47,616 bases of DNA, taken from positions 1 through 47,616 of the forward strand of contig CAVPCQ010000013.1 in NCBI GenBank assembly GCA_963702425.1, written 5' to 3'. The stretch's first letter is position 1; every line of letters begins with the position of its first letter. The notes beneath the pieces are model-generated. The model was given only the letters and a program-made list of their open reading frames with translations, made no database searches and had not been told where the DNA came from. The stretch is from an uncultured Acidobacteriota bacterium. Its GTDB lineage: Bacteria > Acidobacteriota > Polarisedimenticolia > J045. Shown one piece after another: positions 1-8,289 of this stretch. The translations under genes and the position numbers were made by a program.

Positions 1-73
1 CGACGATCGGGCAGCCGCGGCAGTACTCGTCCTTCTTCTTGTACCGATCGCAGCACTTGTCCTTCTTGCCCAT
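1..73 (-). CDS. small Cys/Lys-rich protein (5' part; runs off the window edge)
   Basis: Hand translation from ATG at 73: MGKKDKCCDRYKKKDEYCRGCPIV; GGAG upstream; third codon positions nearly all G/C; absent from the ORF track. Confidence 0.65.
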   Translation of the reverse strand, partial: MGKKDKCCDRYKKKDEYCRGCPIV

Positions 74-132
74 CGTCGCGCTCCGGGGTCCGGTGCCCAT
101 GATGCCGAGGTGCGGTGCGGTCCGTCCAGTGC

Positions 133-3100
133 TCAGGGACACCGCGCCGTGGCGGCCTCGATCTCCGTGTCGCGGCTCGCGGCCTGGCCGCCTCCCGGTA
201 GCTCGTCGTAGGTCCCGCCGCGCGCGCAGGCGACGCCCCTCAGCACGTAGAAGCCGCTCGGCCCCGCGGCGCCGTCCGTCGCCTCGAGCATCGGCGCGTC
301 GTCGGCCAGGCAGCCGCTCACGGCTGCGGCGAAGTCGCCCCGGGTCGCCACCAGTGTCGCCAGGTCGCCCCGCACGATGTCGTAGGCTGCGGCCGCGGCG
401 AGCGCCGGCCAGGCGAGACGCGCCAGCGCCCCGTCGCGGACCAGCGTCACCCGGGCCGAGCCGTCCGGTCGCGGGACGTCGTCGACGGTACCGTCGCAGT
501 CGTTGTCGAGCCCGTCACAGGTCTCGGCGGACGGATCCTCGTCCACCGAGCCGTCGAGGTCGTTGTCGAACCCGTCGCAGACGTCGGGGCCGGGGCGTAC
601 GCGCGCTTCGGCGTCGTCGGGGTCACCGCCGCACTCGCTGAACCCGTCCCCGTCGTGGTCGTCGAACGCGGATGAGCCGAGGAACGGTCCGAAGACGACC
701 GCACCGATCGCCGCGTCCCCGGAGCCGGGGCCTGCTCCCGAGGGGCCATTCGCCGCCGCCCACCAGTTCCGGGATGCCTGGATCGGCTGAGCCGCCAGGT
801 TGACGAGGCCCTGCCCGTTTCCGGTGAGGTCCGACAGCTCGATCCGGTTCGCTGCTCCCTGCGGCTCGGCGACGAAGTCGGCCTGGAGGCCGATCGCGTT
901 CGTCTCGAGTTCCAGGCAGCGCAGCGTCGTTCCCGTCGGCACGCCCGGGTCGGTCGGGCCGCGGAAGAGGCGGACGGCCGCACCGCGGGCCCGCGTCACC
1001 GTCGCCCGGTCGACCGTCGTGCCGACCGAGTCCAGCATCTCGCTCGCGCAGTCACCGGCCGCGCGGCCGGCGATCCGGATCCCCTCGGACCCCGCCGTGG
1101 CATCGATCGTGAGTTCGCTCAGCGCGGTCGTCTCGGCCAGCTCGACGTGTACGCCCGCGGCCCATCCACCGCCGTACCAGGCCGGCGCCGCGTGCGGCAC
1201 GATCGTGGCCCGTTCGACCGTCGTCCCGCGGGCGAGTCGCACCGCGACGCCGCGGCTCACGCCCTCGATCACGGTGTCCTCGATCGCGTTATGTTCCGCG
1301 ATCGCGGCCGCGCCCCCTTCGCAGGCCGCGCGCCCGGCGACGAGCACGCCGTCGCGCGAGCGGTGACCGCAGGCATCCTGCCCGAAGGCGTCGCGCAGCA
1401 CGCCGTCGATCGTCAGCCGCGCCAGCCGGTTGCCATCGCTCTCGCCGGTAACCCGCAGTTCGCTCACCCCGTTCGAGGCGAGGCAGAGGTCGGTCAACGA
1501 CGAGGCGCGGACGTCCTGCAGGGACAGGCCGGCTTCGTTGCCCTGGTTGGTGCCGCAGGGCGTGCCGGCGCCGGCGTCGCGGAGCGTGAGGTTTGAGACC
1601 GTGACGCCGCTCACGCCGGAGAGTTCGAGCGCCGGGAGATGCGACCCGCCGGACTGCGTGCCGTCGAGCACGCTCGGCGAGCAGGCGTTCGGGGCGGCGA
1701 TCCCCTCGAGGTCGATCGGCCGGTTCAGCGCGAAGTGACCGAGGTAGTTCCCCTCGCCGATCAGCACCAGGTCGCCCGGCACCGCGGCGACGAGCGCGTC
1801 CTGCAACAGGTCGAAGCAGGCCGCGACGGGCGGGGCCCAGCCGGACGACATCGGTCGCCGCACGAGGAGCGGGGCCGTGCCGCGCGCGATGTAGCCCGAG
1901 ACATCGACCGGCCCGCGCACGCCGTCCGACGCGCTCGCGGGCCCGCCGGCTCCGCCCCACCACGAGTGGCGGGCGTCGAAGGTCGCGCTCCGGTCGTTCT
2001 CGACCGCAACCGCGTTGCCGGAAAAGAGGTTCTCGCGGACGGAAGAACCGTCGCCGGCCGTGGCCTCGACGGCGACCGCGGCGACGGTATTGGCCGTGAA
2101 CCGGTTCGAGACGATCGCGATCCCGGAGGTCTGGCCCGTGAGCCGCACGCCGACGCCGTTGTCCTCGACCCGGTTGCAGGCGAACTCGCCGCCCGACACG
2201 GCGCGGTAGACGGCCCCGTCGCCGTCGCGACCGGCGCCCGCCCCGACCTGGCCCTGGATCCAGTTCCCCTCGACGCGCAGCCGCGTCGCCTGCTCGACCT
2301 CGACCGCGGCGTGCGAGTCCGCTCCCGGCGCGAGGCCGTTACCGCGCAGCTGGTTCCCGACCACGAGGATCCAGTCGTTCTGCTTCCCCTCGGGCGGGGC
2401 CAGCACGCGAACCGCGGCCCCCTCGTTCTCGTCGATCAGGTTGCCGATGACCAGCAGCCGTCCGGTGCCGTTGAGTCCCAGCACGCCGCTGCCGCTCCCC
2501 GGCCGGCCGTCGGCCAGCATTCCGTGGAGGTGCACCGAGACGATCCGGTTCTGCGTGTCGGTGTCGGCCGGCGCTCCCGTGCTGTCGGCCACGACACCGA
2601 AGGCACAGCCGCTGATCCCCATGTTCTCGATCCGCGCGTGGCGCACGTCGGGGTGCGCGGGGTCGCCGATCCGCAGGCAGGCGTGACCCGGTGCGCCGGA
2701 GATCTCGATCCCGCCCACGGTCACGCGCGAGGCGCGGATCGAGACGACGTCGCCGGAGCCCGTACCGCGCAGCTCGGGGTTTGGCGGCGGACCCCAGCGC
2801 AGCAGCGACAGCGGCCGGTCGATGACCAGGTCCTCGACGTAGAGGCCGGCCCCGACCTGCACGGTCTCCTCGGTGCAGGCCGCACGGATCGCGCGCCCGA
2901 TCGTGGCGCACGGCACCGCGGAGTCGAGGCAGAGGTTGTCCGCGTCGCTCCCGCCCGGGGCCACGAACCGGGTGCCCCGCTCCTCGTCGACCGAGCCGTC
3001 GCCGTCGTTGTCGAGGCCGTCGCACCACTCGAGTGCCGCCTCGTCGGCGAGCCGGCGGAACCCGGCCGGCTGCGGCGCCGTCCTGGGACCGGCGGTCGCG

Positions 3101-3210
3101 CGCCCGGGGACGGGCCGCTCGGCCGGCGGGGGAGCCGCCAGGGAGGTCGGCTCCCCCAGGAGGAAGCAGACACCCAGGCCGAGAGCGAGGTGTGGGGCGG
3201 TGCGGGGCAT
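133..3210 (-). CDS. secreted right-handed beta-helix repeat protein with CDGxDNDxDG putative metal-binding repeats and a shared C-terminal domain
   Basis: ORF 133..3450; likely start MPRTAPHLALG at 3210 with GGAGG RBS; signal-like N-terminus; FVAPGGSD..PCATIGRAI, parallel beta-helix repeats, NWWG-type motifs and three CDGxDNDxDG motifs. Confidence 0.8.
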   Translation of the reverse strand: MPRTAPHLALGLGVCFLLGEPTSLAAPPPAERPVPGRATAGPRTAPQPAGFRRLADEAALEWCDGLDNDGDGSVDEERGTRFVAPGGSDADNLCLDSAVPCATIGRAIRAACTEETVQVGAGLYVEDLVIDRPLSLLRWGPPPNPELRGTGSGDVVSIRASRVTVGGIEISGAPGHACLRIGDPAHPDVRHARIENMGISGCAFGVVADSTGAPADTDTQNRIVSVHLHGMLADGRPGSGSGVLGLNGTGRLLVIGNLIDENEGAAVRVLAPPEGKQNDWILVVGNQLRGNGLAPGADSHAAVEVEQATRLRVEGNWIQGQVGAGAGRDGDGAVYRAVSGGEFACNRVEDNGVGVRLTGQTSGIAIVSNRFTANTVAAVAVEATAGDGSSVRENLFSGNAVAVENDRSATFDARHSWWGGAGGPASASDGVRGPVDVSGYIARGTAPLLVRRPMSSGWAPPVAACFDLLQDALVAAVPGDLVLIGEGNYLGHFALNRPIDLEGIAAPNACSPSVLDGTQSGGSHLPALELSGVSGVTVSNLTLRDAGAGTPCGTNQGNEAGLSLQDVRASSLTDLCLASNGVSELRVTGESDGNRLARLTIDGVLRDAFGQDACGHRSRDGVLVAGRAACEGGAAAIAEHNAIEDTVIEGVSRGVAVRLARGTTVERATIVPHAAPAWYGGGWAAGVHVELAETTALSELTIDATAGSEGIRIAGRAAGDCASEMLDSVGTTVDRATVTRARGAAVRLFRGPTDPGVPTGTTLRCLELETNAIGLQADFVAEPQGAANRIELSDLTGNGQGLVNLAAQPIQASRNWWAAANGPSGAGPGSGDAAIGAVVFGPFLGSSAFDDHDGDGFSECGGDPDDAEARVRPGPDVCDGFDNDLDGSVDEDPSAETCDGLDNDCDGTVDDVPRPDGSARVTLVRDGALARLAWPALAAAAAYDIVRGDLATLVATRGDFAAAVSGCLADDAPMLEATDGAAGPSGFYVLRGVACARGGTYDELPGGGQAASRDTEIEAATARCP

Positions 3211-3317
3211 GGGCGGGAACCTCCGGCTACGCCGTCCGGGACGGCGCGGCGCCGGGAAACGTCGGTTCCGCGGGCCGTTTCGAGCAACCCCGGGCTTCCG
3301 GGCCGCCCCGGCCCCGG

Positions 3318-3347
3318 CTGACTGATCAGGCAGGTCGGGCTTATGAT
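3318..3347 (+). promoter_or_regulatory. putative sigma70 promoter of maeB
   Basis: CTGACT-18 nt-TATGAT; AT-rich hexamer in a GC-rich divergent intergenic region. Confidence 0.4.
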
Positions 3348-3448
3348 CGTGCTTCCTCGGGGCCCTCCCACCCGCCGCCCCGGCCCGCCGCGGCCCAGGC
3401 CGCACCCCCGGCGCGCCTCCGGGCGCCTGCCGGCAGGAGATGGAATCC

Positions 3449-5731
3449 ATGGCGAAGTTCGTGAAGATCCGCGACGAGGAAGCCCTCGCCTACCACGAGT
3501 TCCCGCGCCCGGGGAAACTGGGTGTCTACTCGACCAAGCCCTGCAGCTCGCAGCGCGACCTGTCGCTCGCCTACACCCCGGGGGTCGCCGTGCCCTGCAA
3601 GGCGATCGAGGCCGACCCCGAAGCGGCCTACCGCTACACGAACAAGGGCAACCTCGTCGCCGTGATCAGCAACGGGACCGCGGTGCTGGGCCTCGGCGAC
3701 ATCGGGGCCCTGTCCGGCAAGCCGGTCATGGAGGGGAAAGGGGTCCTCTTCAACCGCTTCGCCGGGATCGACGTCTTCGACATCGAAGTCGATAGCCACG
3801 ACGTCGAGGAGGTCATCCGCACCGTCCAGCTGATCGCCCCGACCTTCGGTGGGATCAACCTCGAGGACATCAAGGCCCCCGAGTGCTTCGAGGTCGAGCA
3901 GCGGCTGATCAAGCTGCTCGACATCCCGGTCTTCCACGACGACCAGCACGGGACCGCGATCATCAGCACCGCGGGCATCCTCAACTCGCTGGAGATCCTC
4001 GGGAAGGGGCGCGACGCGTGCAAGGTGGTGATCCTCGGCGCCGGCGCCGCGGGGGTCGCGTGCGGCGACATGCTGGTCGCTTCCGGCTTCCCCAAGCGCA
4101 ACATCCTGATGCTCGACCGCTCCGGCGTGATCTACAAGGGGCGGACCGAGCACATGAACCCCTACAAGGAGGCCTGGGCCAACGACACCAAGGACCGCAC
4201 GCTGGCCGACGCGATGCGCGGTGCCGACATCTTCCTCGGCCTGTCCGGGCCGGACCTCGTCAGCGAGGAGATGGTCAAGTCGATGGGGTCGAAGCCGATC
4301 ATCTTCGCGATGTCGAACCCCAACCCGGAGATCAAGTACGAGCTGGCCCGCGCCGCGCGCCCGGACGCGATCCTCGCCACCGGCCGCTCGGACTATCCCA
4401 ACCAGGTCAACAACGTCCTCGGTTTCCCGTTCATCTTCCGCGGCGCACTCGACGTCGGGGCCCGGCAGATCAACATGCAGATGAAGCTCGCCGCGTCCAA
4501 GGCGCTGGCCGAGCTGGCGAACACCGACATCCCGGACGAAGTCCTGGCTGCGTACGGAGTCGACGAGCTGCGCTTCGGGCCGGAGTACATCATCCCCAAG
4601 CCGCTCGACCCGCGGGTGCTGCTGTGGGTCGCCCCGGCGGTGGCCCAGGCCGCGGTCGACAGCGGCGTCGCGCGCAAGGCCGACACGTGGCAGGGCAAGG
4701 AGGCCTACGCGAAGCACCTCGAGGTGACCTTCCTCGGGCCCGGCCGGCGCGTGATCCGCGGGTTCATGGACAAGGCCCGAAGCGTCCCCGCCCGGATCGT
4801 GCTGACCGAAGGCGACGAGCTGCACGTCATCCGCGCCGCGCAGCGGCTGGTCGAGGAGAAGATCGCGAGCCCGATCCTGCTCGGCGACGAGCAGAAGATC
4901 CGCGGCCTGGCCGAGACCCACGGCGCCGACCTCGCGGGGATGACGATCCTCGACCCCTACACGTACCCCGACCTGGACAAGCTCGCGGCGCGACTGTTCG
5001 AGAAGCGCCAGCGGCGCGGCGTGACGCCAGCCCGGGCCCGCCAGCTCGTGCTGCGCCCGACGACCTTCGGCCTGCTGCTGGTCGAGCTGGGGCTGGCCGA
5101 CGGCCTGGTCGGCGGGATCGGCAAGGCCTACGCCGACATGGTCAAGCCGTCGCTGCAGATCATCGGCCCGCGGCCGGGGGTCAAGCGGGTCTCGGCCGCG
5201 ATGGCCTGCATCCTCAAGGACCGGCTGCTGATCCTGTCGGACACCGCGATCAACATCGAGCCCGACGCCGAGACCCTGGCCGAGATGGCGATCCAGGCCG
5301 CCGAGACCGCGGAGTCGCTGTTCGACCTGCAGCCCAAGGTCGCGCTGATCTCGTTCTCCAACTTCGGGTCGGTCAACCACCCCGAGCCGGACAAGGTCGC
5401 GGCGGCGATGCGGATCGTGCGTGCGCGGCGCCCGGACCTGGTCGTCGACGGCGAGATGATGGTCGACACCGCGCTCAGTCCGGAGGTCGCCGCGGTCTGC
5501 CCTCAATCGCTGATCCAGGGCGACGCCAACGTGCTCGTCTTCCCCAGCCTCGACGCCGGCAACGCGGCCTACAAGCTGCTCCGGCACGCGGCCGGGGCGG
5601 AGATCGTCGGGCCGATCCTGTGCGGTCTGGCCAAGCCGGTGAACCTGCTCAACCACGTCGCGTCGACCGATGAAATCGTGCGCTCGGCGGCGATCACCGC
5701 GCTGCAGGCCGCGCGCCTCAAGAAAATGTAG
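3449..5731 (+). CDS. maeB: NADP-dependent malic enzyme with C-terminal phosphotransacetylase-like domain
   Basis: DLSLAYTPGVA, GKPVMEGK, FHDDQHGT, GAGAAG, GRSDYPNQVNN; PTA domain (DGEM..D.AL, GNAAYKLL); AGGAG RBS before ATG 3449. Confidence 0.95.
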   Translation: MAKFVKIRDEEALAYHEFPRPGKLGVYSTKPCSSQRDLSLAYTPGVAVPCKAIEADPEAAYRYTNKGNLVAVISNGTAVLGLGDIGALSGKPVMEGKGVLFNRFAGIDVFDIEVDSHDVEEVIRTVQLIAPTFGGINLEDIKAPECFEVEQRLIKLLDIPVFHDDQHGTAIISTAGILNSLEILGKGRDACKVVILGAGAAGVACGDMLVASGFPKRNILMLDRSGVIYKGRTEHMNPYKEAWANDTKDRTLADAMRGADIFLGLSGPDLVSEEMVKSMGSKPIIFAMSNPNPEIKYELARAARPDAILATGRSDYPNQVNNVLGFPFIFRGALDVGARQINMQMKLAASKALAELANTDIPDEVLAAYGVDELRFGPEYIIPKPLDPRVLLWVAPAVAQAAVDSGVARKADTWQGKEAYAKHLEVTFLGPGRRVIRGFMDKARSVPARIVLTEGDELHVIRAAQRLVEEKIASPILLGDEQKIRGLAETHGADLAGMTILDPYTYPDLDKLAARLFEKRQRRGVTPARARQLVLRPTTFGLLLVELGLADGLVGGIGKAYADMVKPSLQIIGPRPGVKRVSAAMACILKDRLLILSDTAINIEPDAETLAEMAIQAAETAESLFDLQPKVALISFSNFGSVNHPEPDKVAAAMRIVRARRPDLVVDGEMMVDTALSPEVAAVCPQSLIQGDANVLVFPSLDAGNAAYKLLRHAAGAEIVGPILCGLAKPVNLLNHVASTDEIVRSAAITALQAARLKKM

Positions 5732-5892
5732 GGGCCGGCCTCTGTGCCGGCCCGGAACGGCCTCTGGAAAGGCAGGGGCCGGCCTCTGTGCCGGCCCGGA
5801 ACGGCCTCTGGAAAGGCAGGGGCCGGCCTCTGTGCCGGCCCGGGTCGGCCTCCGTGCGGGCCCGAGCCAGCCTCCGTGCGGGCCCGGAACGG
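5730..5892. repeat. tandem array of 22-bp units (44-bp dimer) containing GGGCCGGC-N6-GCCGGCCC palindromes, REP/BIME-like
   Basis: 44-mer at 5730 and 5774, partial copy at 5818; 22-bp units beginning CCTC at 5739, 5761, 5783, 5805, 5827, 5849, 5871. Confidence 0.9.
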
Positions 5893-5935
5893 CAGGGGCT
5901 GCCCCCCGGGGCCGCCCCTGCGGTAGCCTCAGCCG

Positions 5936-7294
5936 ATGACGACCCGGATCCAGAAGGCGATCGTGGCCTCGTTCGCGGGGCTGATCGCTGCGGGTACTGC
6001 TCTCCTCATGCTCCCCGCCAGTGCGGCCGGGCAGCGCCTCGGCCTCGTCGAGGCGCTGTTCACTTCGACCTCCGCGGTCTGCGTCACCGGGCTGACCGTA
6101 TTCGACCCCGGGACGAGGCTCACCCCGACCGGGCAGTTCTTCCTGCTGGCCCTGATCCAGCTCGGCGGCCTCGGCATCCTGAGCCTGTCGGGGTTCGTCC
6201 TGGCGATGGTCCGGCAGCGCGACGAACTGTCCCAGCGGATGTACGTCGCCACGGCCCACGGCGACGTACGCGGCGTCACGCCGCGATCGGTCCTGCGCCA
6301 CGCCGTCGCGACCACCGCCCTGATCGAGGGGGTCGGTGCGCTGCTGCTCTTCGTCGCCTTCGGACTGCGGCGCGGCGGGTTCGGCCTGGAGGCAGCGTGG
6401 CTCGCGGCCTTCCACTCGATCTCGGCCTTCTGCAACGCCGGATTCTCCCTCTTCCCCGACAATCTCGAGAGCTACCGCGACGACCCGCTCGTCAACCTCA
6501 CCGTGGTGGGACTGATCGTGGTGGGCGGGATCGGCTTCACCGTGATTGCCGACGTCGTCCGGGTCCGGCGGATGCCGCGCAGGAATCGCGAGTGGTGGCG
6601 CCTCTCGCTGCACACGCGGATGGTCCTGCTCGTCACCGGGCTGCTGGTCGCGGCAGGAGCCGCCGTCTTCCTGTTCTGCGAATGGACCAACTCGCTACGC
6701 GATGCGCCGTGGCACGGGCGGGTCCTGGCCGCGCTGTTCCATTCCGTCACCTGCCGCACCGCCGGCTACGACACCGTCCCGACCGGAAACCTGACCAGCG
6801 TCACGCTGCTGTTCGGGATCCTCCTGATGGTCGTCGGGGCGTCGCCCGGCGGCACCGGCGGCGGCGTCAAGACGAGCACGGCCGGGATCCTGGCGTGCAG
6901 CGCGTGGTCGCGGATCCGGGGCCGCGCCGCGGCGGAGTTCCAAGGCCGTGCGATCCCCGAAAGTACCGTGGCCAAGGCGGTCGCGACGGTCGCCTCGTTC
7001 GTGGTCCTGCTGCTGGCGGCCAACACCGCGCTCGCGATCATCGAGGGCGGATTCGCCTCGCACGCCAGCCGGCCGGCGCCGCTGCTGGACTACGCTTTCG
7101 AGACCGCCTCCGCGATCGGCACGGTGGGCCTGTCGACCGGCATCACCGCCGGGCTGAGCGACGCGAGCAAGCTCGTGCTCGTCGTCCTGATGTACATCGG
7201 GCGTACGGGCCCGCTCGTCGTCGGCGCCTCGCTGATCGGCCTGCGCAAGCCCAAGGCCTACGCCTATCCTGAAGAGGATGTGCTGGTCGGCTGA
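5936..7294 (+). CDS. ktrB: Ktr/Trk potassium uptake membrane subunit (TrkH/KtrB family)
   Basis: Four pore-loop motifs TSAVCVTGL, SAFCNAGF, VTCRTAGY, SAIGTVGLS; GASPGGTGGGVK; MYIGRTGP; YPEEDVLVG C-terminus. Confidence 0.92.
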   Translation: MTTRIQKAIVASFAGLIAAGTALLMLPASAAGQRLGLVEALFTSTSAVCVTGLTVFDPGTRLTPTGQFFLLALIQLGGLGILSLSGFVLAMVRQRDELSQRMYVATAHGDVRGVTPRSVLRHAVATTALIEGVGALLLFVAFGLRRGGFGLEAAWLAAFHSISAFCNAGFSLFPDNLESYRDDPLVNLTVVGLIVVGGIGFTVIADVVRVRRMPRRNREWWRLSLHTRMVLLVTGLLVAAGAAVFLFCEWTNSLRDAPWHGRVLAALFHSVTCRTAGYDTVPTGNLTSVTLLFGILLMVVGASPGGTGGGVKTSTAGILACSAWSRIRGRAAAEFQGRAIPESTVAKAVATVASFVVLLLAANTALAIIEGGFASHASRPAPLLDYAFETASAIGTVGLSTGITAGLSDASKLVLVVLMYIGRTGPLVVGASLIGLRKPKAYAYPEEDVLVG

Positions 7295-7320
7295 CGGCTG
7301 GCCGGAAGGAAGGAGTGTCC

Positions 7321-8013
7321 GTGAAGCGCACGGTGGCCGTCCTGGGGCTCTCGGTCTTCGGCCGCGAGGTGGCGCTCGGCCTCGCCGACTCGCGGGACGT
7401 CGACGTCCTCGCCTTCGACTATCGGCCCGAGGAGGTCGAGACGGTTTCTGCCCGCGTCCGTCAGGCGGTGACGATGGACGTGCGCCAGACCGATCTCCTC
7501 GAGGAGTTCGGCGCCTCCTCCTGGTCGGCCGCGGTGATCGGGATCCGGCGCCACTTCGACGCCACGGTGCTTGTGACTCACTACCTCAAGGCCAGGGCCG
7601 GCGTGCCCCGGATCATCGTCCAGGTGAACAACCTCCAGGAGGAGGAGGCGATCCGCGTGATCGGGGCCGACGTGACGGTCTTTCCGGAACGCGACAGCGC
7701 GCGGCACATGGTGGCGGCGCTCGCCAACCCCCACCTGACCGACATCTTCGAGCTGGGAGGCGACGCGGAGATCGTCGAGATCGAGGTCCCGCCGTCGTTC
7801 GTCGGCCAGTCGCTGAAGAACCTGGACCTGCGGCGGCGCTTCCAGCTCCAGGTCGCGGCCATGCGCCGGCGGAAGGACGAGGCCGGGACGACCCTCCTCG
7901 TCACGGAAATCCCCCCGGATCCCGACCGCCCGCTGAAGCGCGACGAACGGATGCTGATCATCGGGGAGCACCGGTACCTGGCGGGGTTCATCGAACGGCT
8001 GCCCGGCCTGTAA
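7321..8013 (+). CDS. ktrA: Ktr/Trk potassium uptake regulatory RCK subunit (TrkA/KtrA family)
   Basis: Rossmann-like N-terminus, IGADVTVFPERD, TrkA-C domain (GQSLKNLDLRRRF); AGGAG RBS before GTG 7321; follows ktrB. Confidence 0.88.
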   Translation: MKRTVAVLGLSVFGREVALGLADSRDVDVLAFDYRPEEVETVSARVRQAVTMDVRQTDLLEEFGASSWSAAVIGIRRHFDATVLVTHYLKARAGVPRIIVQVNNLQEEEAIRVIGADVTVFPERDSARHMVAALANPHLTDIFELGGDAEIVEIEVPPSFVGQSLKNLDLRRRFQLQVAAMRRRKDEAGTTLLVTEIPPDPDRPLKRDERMLIIGEHRYLAGFIERLPGL

Positions 8014-8025
8014 GCCAGTCGAAGC

Positions 8026-8065
8026 CGGGCCGGCCCCCGGGCGGGCGACCGCGGGGGCCGGCCCG
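8026..8065 (+). terminator. GC-rich hairpin after ktrA
   Basis: CGGGCCGGCCCCCG...CGGGGGCCGGCCCG 14-bp inverted repeat; no U-tract. Confidence 0.45.
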
Positions 8066-8289
8066 AATCCTCGCCGCCCGCTCAAGTCCAGCTTTCACAG
8101 AATCTTGACTGGCGCCCCCCTGATTCGTCCCTATACTTCTGCCCGTCGCGCCAGTCGGGGGCCGGATTGTCTCGCCCCGCCGGGGATCCGAGGGCAACTC
8201 GGGCTGAGGTCAGGCTGGGCGGCACCCGTGCGGAGCCGGCCCTGGGCCGTTCCGCCCCACCGCGGCCGCGGCCGCGCAGGACAGGACCT

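Noticed and set aside
5730-5892. CRISPR array
   Set aside because: The intervening segments are identical rather than unique spacers, the period is only 22/44 bp, and no cas genes are present.
5732-5935. c-di-AMP (ydaO) riboswitch upstream of ktrB
   Set aside because: The region is explained by tandem repeats, no ydaO consensus was recognised, and ktrB appears leaderless.
3341-6613. 1090-aa minus-strand ORF (likewise 8131..10446, 11670..14975, 15043..17982, 34004..36445, 36225..38615)
   Set aside because: Antisense shadows of well-supported genes, expected when stop codons are rare in high-GC DNA; no recognisable motifs.
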